Source: Candidatus Curtissbacteria bacterium RIFCSPHIGHO2_12_FULL_41_17
GTDB taxonomy: Bacteria; Patescibacteriota; Microgenomatia; Curtissbacterales; GWA2-41-24
Assembly: GCA_001774945.1 (NCBI GenBank)
Contig: MFBL01000043.1
Coordinates: 2,782 to 66,781, forward strand
Reading direction: 5' to 3'
Length of the DNA stretch: 64,000 nt
In this document: one piece after another, positions 1 through 10,073 of the stretch
How positions within the stretch are numbered: position 1 is the first letter of the stretch
Layout: each line of letters opens with the position of its first letter
Notes under the pieces: model-generated
What the model was told of the DNA's origin: nothing
Databases searched by the model: none
What the model saw: the letters and a program-made list of their open reading frames with translations, nothing else
Translations under genes and position numbers: made by a program

Positions 1-1551
1 CGAAAGCTATTTAATAGCGTCAGCAAAAAGCTTACGCCTGATAATGCCTTATATGGGTTAAACCATATGCATCTTTATGGTATCAATGCGCAATTTAAAG
101 ACGTTTCATCAAAACTTGAAAAGCTTTTAGATTTTTTATTTTTGCCTTTGCACAAATTATTTTTTTCCCAAATTGATTTCGATTTTAAGTTGGGAAGGGC
201 TCTTTTATTACTGCCTTGGCTAAATAAAGCCGATTGTATTGTTGCCAATACCGACGGTATTGCTCTTGCAATTTGCCTTTTAAAACGTTTGAGGCTTGTT
301 AACAAACCTCTTATCTATGCTGTCGGTTTATTTTATATTCAGGGCAATTTAAAAGCTGCGATCGACAATGAAAAAAAAAGTCTTTTTTTTCATTTTTATC
401 AATGGCTTCTTGGAGCTGCAGATCAAATTCTTTTTCATGCGCAGATTGAAAAAGATAAGCTCGTAAAAATGGGAGTTTATAATCCTGCCGTTTGTACATT
501 TGTACCTATGGGTTCAGATTCAGCTTTTTTTAACTTGAATAAATTTCAAAAATTGAAAAAGCTAGAAAATATCGTAGTCTCTGTTGGTAAAGATCGGGCC
601 AGGGATTACAAAACTCTTCTTGAATGTGCGAAAAAAATTCCATATATATCCTTCAAGCTTGTTTGCCGAAAGATCAATATAGCCGGACTAAATATTCCAA
701 ATAACGTTAAAGTTTATTTCGATCTGCCTTATATAGAGGTAGCTAAATTATATAAACAAGCCTCTCTGATTGTTATCCCTATTAGAGAAATGCATCGTTC
801 CAGCGGACAGATGACTCTTACGGATTGTATCCAGTGTTCAAAGCCGATCATTATAAGTGATGTGGTCGGAGTTAGTCATTATCCTCTTAAGAATAATGTC
901 AATGTCATAAAGGTTGCCCCCGAAAATCCCCAACTTCTTAAAAACGCAATTTTAAAACTGCTCAAAAATAATCAGTTGCGAACTAAACTAATCAGAAACA
1001 CCAAAACGTTGGCCGTACGCTACAGCACTAAAAATTATGCTCGATCCGTCGCAAAAACTATTAAATTCACCACAGACGATTTAAGACTGAAACCGATTAA
1101 AAAACCCGACCTTGAATTTATGCGCAATTTGCGTAATCAAAATCGCAATTTTTTTATCCATAGTGATGCAATTTCCACAAGCGAAAAACAAGCAGGTTGG
1201 TTTGAGGAATATACAAAAAAACATGATGATTACACTTTCATTCTGACTAAAAATGATACAAAGATCGGTATCGGTGCAATTTATAACATTAATGAGAAAA
1301 AAAGGAATGCCGAAATCGGCCGTTTTATTATTGACCAAAAATTCCAAGGTCATGGACACGGCAAAATCTTACTTAAAAAAATTGAAGAACTTGCTTTTAG
1401 CCGGCTGGGCCTGGAAAGTTTATACCTTGAAGTTTTAACTGGGAATAAGACGGCAGTCAACTTTTATAAAAAAACGGGATTTATTAAGCAAAAAGATATT
1501 TTAGTAAATGGTAAAAAAGTGACGTTTATGATTAAAAAGAAAGAATCATGA
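1..1551 (+). CDS. GT4-like (GT-B) glycosyltransferase fused to a C-terminal GNAT N-acetyltransferase; probably 5'-truncated by the window edge
   Basis: Frame is open from base 1 (RKLFNSVSKK...) into the ORF at 67. GT4-like segments VSVGKDRARDY and SGQMTLTDCIQCSKPII; C-terminal GNAT motifs AEIGRFII, FQGHGHGK, N..AVNFYKKTGF. Confidence 0.8.
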   Translation, partial: RKLFNSVSKKLTPDNALYGLNHMHLYGINAQFKDVSSKLEKLLDFLFLPLHKLFFSQIDFDFKLGRALLLLPWLNKADCIVANTDGIALAICLLKRLRLVNKPLIYAVGLFYIQGNLKAAIDNEKKSLFFHFYQWLLGAADQILFHAQIEKDKLVKMGVYNPAVCTFVPMGSDSAFFNLNKFQKLKKLENIVVSVGKDRARDYKTLLECAKKIPYISFKLVCRKINIAGLNIPNNVKVYFDLPYIEVAKLYKQASLIVIPIREMHRSSGQMTLTDCIQCSKPIIISDVVGVSHYPLKNNVNVIKVAPENPQLLKNAILKLLKNNQLRTKLIRNTKTLAVRYSTKNYARSVAKTIKFTTDDLRLKPIKKPDLEFMRNLRNQNRNFFIHSDAISTSEKQAGWFEEYTKKHDDYTFILTKNDTKIGIGAIYNINEKKRNAEIGRFIIDQKFQGHGHGKILLKKIEELAFSRLGLESLYLEVLTGNKTAVNFYKKTGFIKQKDILVNGKKVTFMIKKKES

Positions 1552-1577
1552 AAGTAGCGGTTTAGTTATTAGTGCAG

Positions 1578-1583
1578 TACAAT
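1578..1583 (+). promoter_or_regulatory. putative -10 box (TACAAT) 7 nt upstream of the ATG at 1591; possible leaderless transcript
   Basis: TACAAT-tcaaaac-ATG with no Shine-Dalgarno sequence. Confidence 0.4.
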
Positions 1584-1590
1584 TCAAAAC

Positions 1591-2769
1591 ATGCCTCAAA
1601 AGAATAAGTACCCTGTTGCAAATCTTTCTGTTCTGCCGGTTTTTAGACCATCAATGGGACAAGAAGAAATAGATGCTATTGCCGAGGTTATTAAAAGCGG
1701 CTGGATAGGTTTGGGGCCAAAAACAGAGGAGTTTGAGAAAAAATTTGCTGCTTTTGTTAACAGCGGTAATGCAATTGCTCTTTCTTCTGCAACGGCCGCT
1801 CTGCACTTAAGTTTACTTGCATTAGGAATCGGCAAGGGTGATGAAGTTTTAGTTCCCTCACTCACTTTTGTATCTACATCTCATGCTGTACTTTATGTTG
1901 GGGCAAAACCAGTCTTTGTTGATATTGATGAAGAAACTCTCTGCATGGACCCGGGGGATTTAGAGAGAAAGATTACCCGAAAGGCAAAAGCCATTATTCC
2001 GGTTGACTATGGCGGCCATCCTGCGGATCTTGATTCGATTAACCGTATTGCAAGATTTCATAAACTAACAGTAATTGAGGATGCCAGTCACGCAGCCGGA
2101 GCAAAGTATAAAGGAAGAATGGTTGGCGGCATTTCAGACCTTACTTGTTTTTCGTTCCACGCAGTCAAAAATTTGGCAACCGGGGATGGGGGAATGGTGA
2201 CAACAAATAATTCCAAGATAACCCAGAAAATAAGAAACTTACGGTGGATGGGTATCAACAAAGACACTTGGGAGCGTGAAGAACAAGTACTTAAAAAAAG
2301 TTATCGCCAATACGGATGGTTTTATGATGTTACTGATCTTGGCTACAAATATCATATGAATGATATTGCGGCAAGTCTTGGTCTGGTTCAGCTAAAAAAT
2401 CTCCAGAAAACGAACGCTATTCGTCGAAAGCTCTCAAGTCGTTACAATCAAAAACTCAACAATATCAGGTGGATTTCTACGCCTACCTTAAGGCCTTGGG
2501 CAAGAAGTGCTAATCATAATTACGTCATAAGAACTCATTTGCGGGATCGGCTCAATCTCTTTTTGAAGAAAAAGCGAATTTCATCTGGTGTTCATTACAT
2601 GCCAATTCATCACTTTTCATATTACAAAAACCATGGATATTCTGCCGATGTTCCCATAACAGATAGAATATGGAGTACCTTGCTGACTCTGCCTCTATAT
2701 CCTACTCTTTCAGACGAAGATCAAGACAGGGTAATTAAGGCTATCTACGATTTTGACAAAACTATCTAA
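1591..2769 (+). CDS. DegT/DnrJ/EryC1/StrS family PLP-dependent sugar aminotransferase
   Basis: SSATAALHL, GDEVLVPSLTF, IEDASHA, FSFHAVKNLATGDGGM with the catalytic Lys. Confidence 0.95.
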   Translation: MPQKNKYPVANLSVLPVFRPSMGQEEIDAIAEVIKSGWIGLGPKTEEFEKKFAAFVNSGNAIALSSATAALHLSLLALGIGKGDEVLVPSLTFVSTSHAVLYVGAKPVFVDIDEETLCMDPGDLERKITRKAKAIIPVDYGGHPADLDSINRIARFHKLTVIEDASHAAGAKYKGRMVGGISDLTCFSFHAVKNLATGDGGMVTTNNSKITQKIRNLRWMGINKDTWEREEQVLKKSYRQYGWFYDVTDLGYKYHMNDIAASLGLVQLKNLQKTNAIRRKLSSRYNQKLNNIRWISTPTLRPWARSANHNYVIRTHLRDRLNLFLKKKRISSGVHYMPIHHFSYYKNHGYSADVPITDRIWSTLLTLPLYPTLSDEDQDRVIKAIYDFDKTI

Positions 2770-3399
2770 ATGGTGAAAAGAAAAATTCAAGTCCCCGAAG
2801 ATCATTATTTCAACCTTAAATATGATTCCAAGGGACGCTGGATTAGCTACTGGTACCAAATTAAAGAAGTTTTGTCATTTAGCCCGGAAACGGTTTTAGA
2901 GATAGGGGTAGGCAATAAAACAGTTTCGGATTATCTTAAAAAGATTGGATTAAATGTCAAAACTTGCGATTTTGATAAAAGCCTAAAACCGGATGTAGTA
3001 GGGGATGTTTTAGATTTACCATTTAAAGGTGACAGCTTTGATGTAGTTTTATGTGCTCAGGTTCTAGAACATTTGCCTCCTGTTAAGTTCACCAAAGCCC
3101 TTGGAGAAATTTACAGAGTGTGCAAAAAAGCTGCTGTTATCACCTTACCCCATTTTAGCCTGACCAATTTGTATTTTGGTTTTAAGCTAATTCCTTTTGT
3201 TCCAAAGATTGAATTATCGCTTAAAGTTGATTGGCCTTTTAAACACAAGTTCAAAGGTGAACATTATTGGGAGATTGGCAAGAAGGAATATTATTTAAAC
3301 AAAATCAAAAAGAAAATTGAAGATGCGGGTTTTAGCATTGAAAAATCATTTTATCCCGCCGAAAATCCCTTCCACCACTTTTTTGTCATCAAAAAATAA
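2770..3399 (+). CDS. class I SAM-dependent methyltransferase (type 11)
   Basis: VLEIGVGN motif I; LPFKGDSFDVVLCAQVLEHL. Confidence 0.9.
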   Translation: MVKRKIQVPEDHYFNLKYDSKGRWISYWYQIKEVLSFSPETVLEIGVGNKTVSDYLKKIGLNVKTCDFDKSLKPDVVGDVLDLPFKGDSFDVVLCAQVLEHLPPVKFTKALGEIYRVCKKAAVITLPHFSLTNLYFGFKLIPFVPKIELSLKVDWPFKHKFKGEHYWEIGKKEYYLNKIKKKIEDAGFSIEKSFYPAENPFHHFFVIKK

Positions 3400-3445
3400 G
3401 TCCTATATTAAAAAATTACCCATCACCTTAAAGAAAACAATTCTT

Positions 3446-3454
3446 TGATATAAT
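3446..3454 (+). promoter_or_regulatory. putative extended -10 promoter (TGaTATAAT)
   Basis: Perfect TGnTATAAT 11 nt before the ATG at 3466, in an intergenic gap. Confidence 0.5.
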
Positions 3455-3465
3455 AACGAATAAAA

Positions 3466-4485
3466 ATGCTAAGGTACAAAATAGTTGTTACAGGTAATGC
3501 CGGTTTTATGGGTTCGCATCTGGTGGATTACTTAATTAATTTAGGACACGAGGTACATGGAATAGATAATCTATCAGGAGGATATTTAAGAAATATTTCA
3601 TCACAAGCCAAACCTACTTTCATAAAGATAGATCTGTGTGATAAAAAAAGAACTTCATTGATAATAAAACAATTAAGACCCCAGATTATTTATCATTTGG
3701 CAGCTATTGCACGGGAAGGGTTATCTCAGTTTACCCCTATAAGTCATGTTGAAAACAATTATAATGCTTACTTAAATTTACTTATTCCGGCAATCAATAA
3801 TGGTGTTAAGAGAATAGTCCTTTGTTCATCAATGGCTGTTTATGGAAATCAAAAACCGCCATTTGCTGAAAACATGCGTCGGGAACCCCACGATATTTAC
3901 GGTATTGCAAAAACAGCAATGGAACAAACGACCGAAGTGCTCGCAGATGTTAATATGTTCGAATATGTAATTCTAAGACCTCATAATGTATACGGACCCA
4001 GACAAAATCTAGCTGATCCCTATCGAAATGTAGTCGCCATTTTTATTAATTGTTTACTCAAAAATAAACCTTTCTATATCTATGGAGATGGAGAACAAAA
4101 ACGCGCATTTTCTTATATTGACGATATTACTCCTTCTATAGCAAAAGCAGGCTTTAATAAAAATGTAATTAACGAAATTGTTAATATAGGACCCGAAAAA
4201 GAATATACGATTAATCAATTATCCCAAATTATTTTAAAATCATTTAAATCCAAACTAAAACCAATCTATCAAAAAGAGCGGCCCAGAGAAGTAAAAGAAG
4301 CTTTTTGCTCATCCCAAAAAGCTCGTGAACTTTTGGGTTTTAAGGATAAAACGTCACTTGAACAAGGTGTTTTAAAAATGATGGACTGGGCAAAATCAAT
4401 AGGTTACACAAAGCCAAAATATCTCAAAGAACTCGAGCTCGAAAACAGTCAAACTCCAGAAACGTGGAGTAGTAAGCTGATTTAA
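3466..4485 (+). CDS. NAD-dependent epimerase/dehydratase (extended SDR)
   Basis: VTGNAGFMGS, SSMAVYG, YGIAK (YxxxK), RPHNVYGPRQ. Confidence 0.93.
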   Translation: MLRYKIVVTGNAGFMGSHLVDYLINLGHEVHGIDNLSGGYLRNISSQAKPTFIKIDLCDKKRTSLIIKQLRPQIIYHLAAIAREGLSQFTPISHVENNYNAYLNLLIPAINNGVKRIVLCSSMAVYGNQKPPFAENMRREPHDIYGIAKTAMEQTTEVLADVNMFEYVILRPHNVYGPRQNLADPYRNVVAIFINCLLKNKPFYIYGDGEQKRAFSYIDDITPSIAKAGFNKNVINEIVNIGPEKEYTINQLSQIILKSFKSKLKPIYQKERPREVKEAFCSSQKARELLGFKDKTSLEQGVLKMMDWAKSIGYTKPKYLKELELENSQTPETWSSKLI

Positions 4486-4501
4486 CTGCCTAAAGACAAA
4501 T

Positions 4502-5701
4502 ATGGCCCTAAAAACTCTGGCGATTCTAAGCGATGAAGACTTAATCCGCTCCGATAGAACATCTAGCATGGCTATTAGGCAAAGATTTCTTGCAAATCTT
4601 CTCTCAAAAATATTCAATGTATCTCTTGTAACATCATTCGGAAAACACCAAGAAAAAAAACTATCGAATATTAAAATCATGGGTGGCGTAGGAAACCTGC
4701 ACAGCTTGTCAAAAGAAAAATTCGACGCTGTCATTATCGGTCTTGCTACAAATAAAGACTCTATTTACTATAAATATTCGAAATTGAAACCAAAGTCACC
4801 GATTATAGTTGATATGTACTACGCTATAATTTTCGAAAAATTAATTACACTGGAAAACTCATGGTCTGGCAATAGAATTTTTAACGAGAAGCTAAAAGTG
4901 TTAGATAAAATATTGGGCTCTGGTGATCATTTTATCTGTGCTACTTCACAACAAAAAGATTATCTACTTGGTATGCTTTCATCAATTGGTTGTATTAATA
5001 CTTCTAATTTTAGTGAAGAGTTGGTATCTATCGCACCGACTATTATCGATACAACTTTTAAAAAAAATAAAGTAAAGAAATTACGAAGTGGTTCACAATT
5101 TGGCGGGAATGACAAAATTGTCTTATGGCTTGGCGGAATTTACCCCTGGTTCGATCCTTGTCCTCTTATCGAGGCAATGCCGCAAGTTATTAGAAACACA
5201 AAAAATACTAAATTGCTCATTTTAGGCGGGAAGCACCCTAACATCGAATACAAATCATTTTATGATAAAGCTCTGGTGCTTGTACAAAAGTCTGGACTTT
5301 TAGGGAAAAGCATCATTTTTATGGATTGGGTCGATGAAAAGCAAAGCTACGCTTACATAAAAGAAGTCGATTTAAATGTGATATTGTCGCAACAAACGTT
5401 AGAAGACAAATATGCCTTTAGAACTAGAATCCTTGCACCTACACTTTTGGGGATTCCAAGTATTACCAACGGCAGCGATTATATCTCTAGCCTTATAAAA
5501 AAACACGGTGCAGGAGTAGTGCTAAATAGTACTGATCCAACAAATATAGCTGCAGCAATCAATGGTTTCTTTAGATTACAGGATGAGAAGCGCAAGATTA
5601 TAAGTGTCAAAAAAGTAATATCAGAAATAAAAAGTTCTACAGACCTTAAAAACCTTATAAACTTTGTTGAGAGGCGGCAAAACATAAAAGAAACACACTG
5701 A
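4502..5701 (+). CDS. GT4-like glycosyltransferase
   Basis: LWLGGIYPWFDP and E..YAFRTRIL...LGIPSIT segments typical of a GT-B/GT4 subgroup; glycan context. Confidence 0.75.
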   Translation: MALKTLAILSDEDLIRSDRTSSMAIRQRFLANLLSKIFNVSLVTSFGKHQEKKLSNIKIMGGVGNLHSLSKEKFDAVIIGLATNKDSIYYKYSKLKPKSPIIVDMYYAIIFEKLITLENSWSGNRIFNEKLKVLDKILGSGDHFICATSQQKDYLLGMLSSIGCINTSNFSEELVSIAPTIIDTTFKKNKVKKLRSGSQFGGNDKIVLWLGGIYPWFDPCPLIEAMPQVIRNTKNTKLLILGGKHPNIEYKSFYDKALVLVQKSGLLGKSIIFMDWVDEKQSYAYIKEVDLNVILSQQTLEDKYAFRTRILAPTLLGIPSITNGSDYISSLIKKHGAGVVLNSTDPTNIAAAINGFFRLQDEKRKIISVKKVISEIKSSTDLKNLINFVERRQNIKETH

Positions 5702-5768
5702 GGATAAATAACCTGTCGGATTTCCTAAATAAGCGAATAACAAAATTATTTTCAATTTCAAATTAATA

Positions 5769-7457
5769 ATGTCAGAATCTATTAAGATAAACCTCATGCA
5801 CTTCAAAGAAAACTTTGATACGAGAAAAAAGAATTTGATTGCAATAATTTCAATTATTGTTGTTACAGTCCTGTTAATTAGCCTGATGTTTCCATTAAAA
5901 AATCAAACAGCAGGTGATGATTATGCGTACGCTTATTCAGTTAAAAAGTCAATAGAAACTGGTCGACTGTACCTTTCTGAAGCAACTACAGCGGCTTTGG
6001 TTTTTCCGGTTCTTTGGGCAATTTTATTTTCTTCGTTTTTAGGCTTTTCATTTAAGACTTTACATATTTCTGTAGTATTTTTTTTACCCATCATTGCAAT
6101 AACAACTTATTTTCTACTAAAACAATTCAAATTAAAGCCACATTTAGCTTTTTTTGCATCACTATTTTTTATCTCAGTACCTTTTATTTTTCAATATGCG
6201 TTCACTTTTCTGACTGATATCCCTTTTTTAACATTAGAACTGTTAGTTTTGCTTTTTTTTGTCAGAGGATTAAAGGCAGATAAAAAAGGAGATCTATTTT
6301 TAGGTTCTATCTTTTCTGCTCTTGCTTTCTTAACAAGACAATTAGGACTCTTATTACCCTTGAGTGTTCTAGCTGCATATATAGTTACCTCCAGAATTAA
6401 TATAATTTCCAGAAAATATTTAAGTATTCTGGCAATCTCCGTACTGCCTGCGTTAACAGTTATCTTGTACATTTTAGTTTTTAGGGAAGGAACGGTGAAT
6501 CAATACATTTATGGCAAAAGAGTTTCCGAAACTATACATTCACTGCTTTTCGCACGATCTGCTTCCGTAGGACTTGAAGCATGGTCACGAATTATATACG
6601 TGGCTTTAGAATATTTTTGGCAAGCCTTAGGCCTTTTCTCACTGTTTGCCATAACAGTTATTGCCTCGAATTTCAAAAGATATTTAAGTAAAAAGGCTAT
6701 AAAATCTTTAATGTTAGCACTAATCGTCTTTATCGGCCTTGTACTTCTAGAAAAAATAGTCTATATGGAAAAAACCTATTTGGGTTTTCCGTTAGTGTTG
6801 TACAGGTATGAGAGTCTATTTCCGGTGCCTTGGCCTCATATATGGAAATACTTGGTCATGATAAGTTTTTTATTCGTAACAACAGAAAGTTTGTTAAACT
6901 TGAAGAACTTAAAATTTACAAGAACTGCTATCTTTCTTTTAACATCTTTTTTGCTTTTTCTCGGAATGAGTGCAATTGCTATCCCGTCTCATAAAAAATA
7001 CGTCATGTCCTTGTTGCCTTTCTTCCTAATTTACATCTGCTTATTATCCAAAAAGCTGAAAATTTCCGGACTTGTCGCCATACCAGTATTACTTTTTGTC
7101 CTAATCGACTCATTGCAAATGACAAAACTTAGATACGATACAAACGCACTTGCCCAGCAAAAAGGTCTTGAAATAGTTGGTAGAGGAATTGACATAGATA
7201 GAGTTCTGCCTAATCTGGAATATACATGGTCACTTTGGTATACAGTTGAAGATAAATATGCACAAGAGTTGAAAAAAGCCGGAGGTGATAAATTAACAGT
7301 AACATATCCCGTGACACCAGCCAACCAAGATTACCTAATTATTTCCAAGGAAAATATAAAATATGGAAATTTACCACAAAAATATTTATTTATCGAAAAC
7401 AGTCCATTTACTAGCTTATTTGTTTCTTCTTACCTTTTAACTATTAAAAAACTATGA
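5769..7457 (+). CDS. GT-C fold (ArnT/PMT-like) multi-pass membrane glycosyltransferase, paralogue 1
   Basis: N-terminal TM followed by acidic GDDYAY; TDIPFL; AFLTRQLG; many hydrophobic helices. Confidence 0.8.
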   Translation: MSESIKINLMHFKENFDTRKKNLIAIISIIVVTVLLISLMFPLKNQTAGDDYAYAYSVKKSIETGRLYLSEATTAALVFPVLWAILFSSFLGFSFKTLHISVVFFLPIIAITTYFLLKQFKLKPHLAFFASLFFISVPFIFQYAFTFLTDIPFLTLELLVLLFFVRGLKADKKGDLFLGSIFSALAFLTRQLGLLLPLSVLAAYIVTSRINIISRKYLSILAISVLPALTVILYILVFREGTVNQYIYGKRVSETIHSLLFARSASVGLEAWSRIIYVALEYFWQALGLFSLFAITVIASNFKRYLSKKAIKSLMLALIVFIGLVLLEKIVYMEKTYLGFPLVLYRYESLFPVPWPHIWKYLVMISFLFVTTESLLNLKNLKFTRTAIFLLTSFLLFLGMSAIAIPSHKKYVMSLLPFFLIYICLLSKKLKISGLVAIPVLLFVLIDSLQMTKLRYDTNALAQQKGLEIVGRGIDIDRVLPNLEYTWSLWYTVEDKYAQELKKAGGDKLTVTYPVTPANQDYLIISKENIKYGNLPQKYLFIENSPFTSLFVSSYLLTIKKL

Positions 7458-7520
7458 CACATGCTGTTCCAAAGAATCACCTTGACAACAATATCTTTAA
7501 ACATCATACGATTAGAATGA

Positions 7521-8255
7521 TTACTTTTTCGTCCCAAAACCGATAATCCATGCCCCGATTATGCTAGCTAGTGGTGTTGCAGCCAAAATATGATCAAAAA
7601 TATTATATATCGAAAGGAGTACCTCAGCCTTTTTATTTTCGAGGTATTTCATATTAATGCCGGAAATAATTTCGGTTTCAACATTAAAATCGAAACCTCC
7701 AAACACCTTCTCAATTTCACTAGTTGTCAGGAGCCTTTCATTTTCAGTTATGCCGACTCTTGTAGAAAAAGGTGAGCTTGGGCTTCTATATAACCAAAAA
7801 GCAGGATTATATTTATTTGGGTCGTAAGAGAAAAAATGACCTCCTGGCTTAAGTATCCTGGATGCTTCTTTGGCGACTTTTGAAAAGTCTGGAAAATGAT
7901 GTAATATCCCGGAGTAACAAATTAAGTCAACTGAAGCTGAAGGAAACCTTGTCTTTTCGATATCCCCAACTTCAAATTTTAAATTAGAATAATCTTGTTT
8001 AGCCCTCTTAATGCAGCCTTTGGAAATATCTAAACCGATAATCTCACTTTTTGGTAGTTCCTTTGCAAGTCTTGCCGTAAAAGCTCCGCTGCCGCAACCC
8101 ATGTCAATCACGTTTTTTATATCTGAAGACTTAAACTTTTTTTTCAAACGCGACAGAATTTTATAGTAGCCGCTATCATCAAATGCGTCATACCCGCCCT
8201 CGATATCAAATTTATCAAAAAACGTAACCTCTGCCTTTTTATTCTGGGCTGTCAT
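7521..8255 (-). CDS. class I SAM-dependent methyltransferase
   Basis: VIDMGCGSG, GLDIS, GILHHF, RILKPGG. Confidence 0.92.
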   Translation of the reverse strand: MTAQNKKAEVTFFDKFDIEGGYDAFDDSGYYKILSRLKKKFKSSDIKNVIDMGCGSGAFTARLAKELPKSEIIGLDISKGCIKRAKQDYSNLKFEVGDIEKTRFPSASVDLICYSGILHHFPDFSKVAKEASRILKPGGHFFSYDPNKYNPAFWLYRSPSSPFSTRVGITENERLLTTSEIEKVFGGFDFNVETEIISGINMKYLENKKAEVLLSIYNIFDHILAATPLASIIGAWIIGFGTKK

Positions 8256-8348
8256 TGTGTCTTAAAATTTGCTTGGAAAAACCGCGTGTTATGTTGATTA
8301 TATGAAATTAACTGATATTATTACAACAGTTTACGGCCGCTAGTATTT

Positions 8349-10073
8349 ATGAGATACTCAATTATCCAAAAATTCCTGCTTCTTGTACTTGCCTACAAAA
8401 AGAAAACACTCCAAATGCTTAAGTCTGACAAAAATATTTACTTATTCCTATTGGCCGTTTTTTTTGTAGTCTTAACTATCATGTTGCCTTTTAAAGACCA
8501 GTTATTTTCTGAGGATTTTGCCTATGCTCAAAGCGTAAGACATTTTATTAATACTGGAGATTTAAAAATATCAGAAAGAGTAGTACCAACTAGTATTACT
8601 CATATAATTTGGGGAACGGTTGTTACAAAATTTCTTGGGCTTTCTTTAGCAAATCTCCATTTTTCTGTTGTGCTGCTTTTACCGTTTTTGCTTTTTGCGT
8701 TGTACAAATTATTTAGCTTAATTGGCTGCAATAAAGAAAAAAGTTTTATCTTCACAATATTTTTTTTCTCAATACCCTGGATATTACAGCTAAGCTATAC
8801 ATTTACGACGGATATACCATTTTTGATCTTAGAAGTTTTTGCAATACTGTTTTATATACAGGGATTTAAAGAGAATAAAACGACGAGTTTGTTGATTGGA
8901 TCAATATTTGCCTCTTTAGCATTTTTAACAAGGCAGTTAGGGATACTTTTGGCATTTGCCGCTTTTGTTACTGTCATTCTTAGCAGTAACAGCAAAAATC
9001 AAAAAATTAAAAATGCACTATTATCCTTAGGCATTCCTCTACTAACTCTTTTTTTGTATTTATGGTGGTTAAGTTTTCCTGAAAATAAAACCATCGCCCA
9101 ACTTAGCACGTATCGAGAGCTCAAAGAAACTTATTTTTATTCGTTTGCGCTTAATATTTTGATAGAGAATCTTGCAAGGATTATTCACACAACCTTAAAT
9201 CTGACCAGCCAAGCGTTAGGCTTATTATTTCCTATTATTTTATTGTTACTTTTAACTAACTTGAAAAGAGTATTTAATCTTGCGAATAAAAATAAACGCA
9301 GATTCACAGTTGCCACAATTGTTGCTGTAATTATCTATGCTATCGACATTATTAATTTCAGAAAAGAATACACTGTTGGTTTCCCGTTTAATATCTACCA
9401 ATATGAAAATCTTTTGCCAGTTCCTTGGGCACATATTTGGAAATATATAGTGTTAATTAGTCTCCCAATACTTAGCTGTACAATTTATCTACAATACAAA
9501 AATGTAATTAAACTTAACAATTATCAACGATTTATATCTTTATCCTTTGTTTTTTTAGCAATTCCAACAGTGATCCATGTTGCAAAATGGGATATATATA
9601 TAATTCCGTTTTTACCGCTCTCAATGTTATGGATTGCTAGTTCGACAAAAAAATTCACGCTAAATTTAAAACTTTCCTTGGTTGTTGTTTTAATATTGTT
9701 ATTAGATTCAGTGCAAATGACAAAATTAAGATATAACGAGTCAGCTCTCATATGGGAAAAAGCTATGAAATTAGTAGACAGCGGAATAAGTCCTGCCGAA
9801 ATTGACCCAAGTAACAATTTTGGCTGGTACTACTGGTTTTATTACGAAAAGTTGGCAAGCGATTCTATTAAATCTAACGACGGTAATAAGGATAAATCAG
9901 ACTACGGATTTGTTATAGCAAAACCCGACCTTCCCAAATATAGAATCTATACTGAAAGAATGATTCGTTATAGTAGCCTAAACACTACAAATTATAAAGT
10001 TCAAACGATTCCGCTTAGAAGTTTCTTGGTTAACTCGAAAATATATTTTATGCAACTTGATGAAAGATACTAG
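8349..10073 (+). CDS. GT-C fold membrane glycosyltransferase, paralogue 2 (true start may be the ATG at 8415)
   Basis: SEDFAY, TDIPFL, AFLTRQLG, PVPWAHIWKY, QMTKLRY shared with its neighbours. Confidence 0.8.
   Translation: MRYSIIQKFLLLVLAYKKKTLQMLKSDKNIYLFLLAVFFVVLTIMLPFKDQLFSEDFAYAQSVRHFINTGDLKISERVVPTSITHIIWGTVVTKFLGLSLANLHFSVVLLLPFLLFALYKLFSLIGCNKEKSFIFTIFFFSIPWILQLSYTFTTDIPFLILEVFAILFYIQGFKENKTTSLLIGSIFASLAFLTRQLGILLAFAAFVTVILSSNSKNQKIKNALLSLGIPLLTLFLYLWWLSFPENKTIAQLSTYRELKETYFYSFALNILIENLARIIHTTLNLTSQALGLLFPIILLLLLTNLKRVFNLANKNKRRFTVATIVAVIIYAIDIINFRKEYTVGFPFNIYQYENLLPVPWAHIWKYIVLISLPILSCTIYLQYKNVIKLNNYQRFISLSFVFLAIPTVIHVAKWDIYIIPFLPLSMLWIASSTKKFTLNLKLSLVVVLILLLDSVQMTKLRYNESALIWEKAMKLVDSGISPAEIDPSNNFGWYYWFYYEKLASDSIKSNDGNKDKSDYGFVIAKPDLPKYRIYTERMIRYSSLNTTNYKVQTIPLRSFLVNSKIYFMQLDERY

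Noticed and set aside
371-379. A9 run and similar A/T homopolymers as phase-variation sites
   Set aside because: Long A/T runs are frequent in this AT-rich, Lys/Phe-rich sequence and are not distinctive.
7482-7518. TTGACA with downstream TACGAT/TAGAAT as a sigma70 promoter
   Set aside because: Spacing is 19 or 25 nt and it points into the 3' end of a convergent gene; not supportable.
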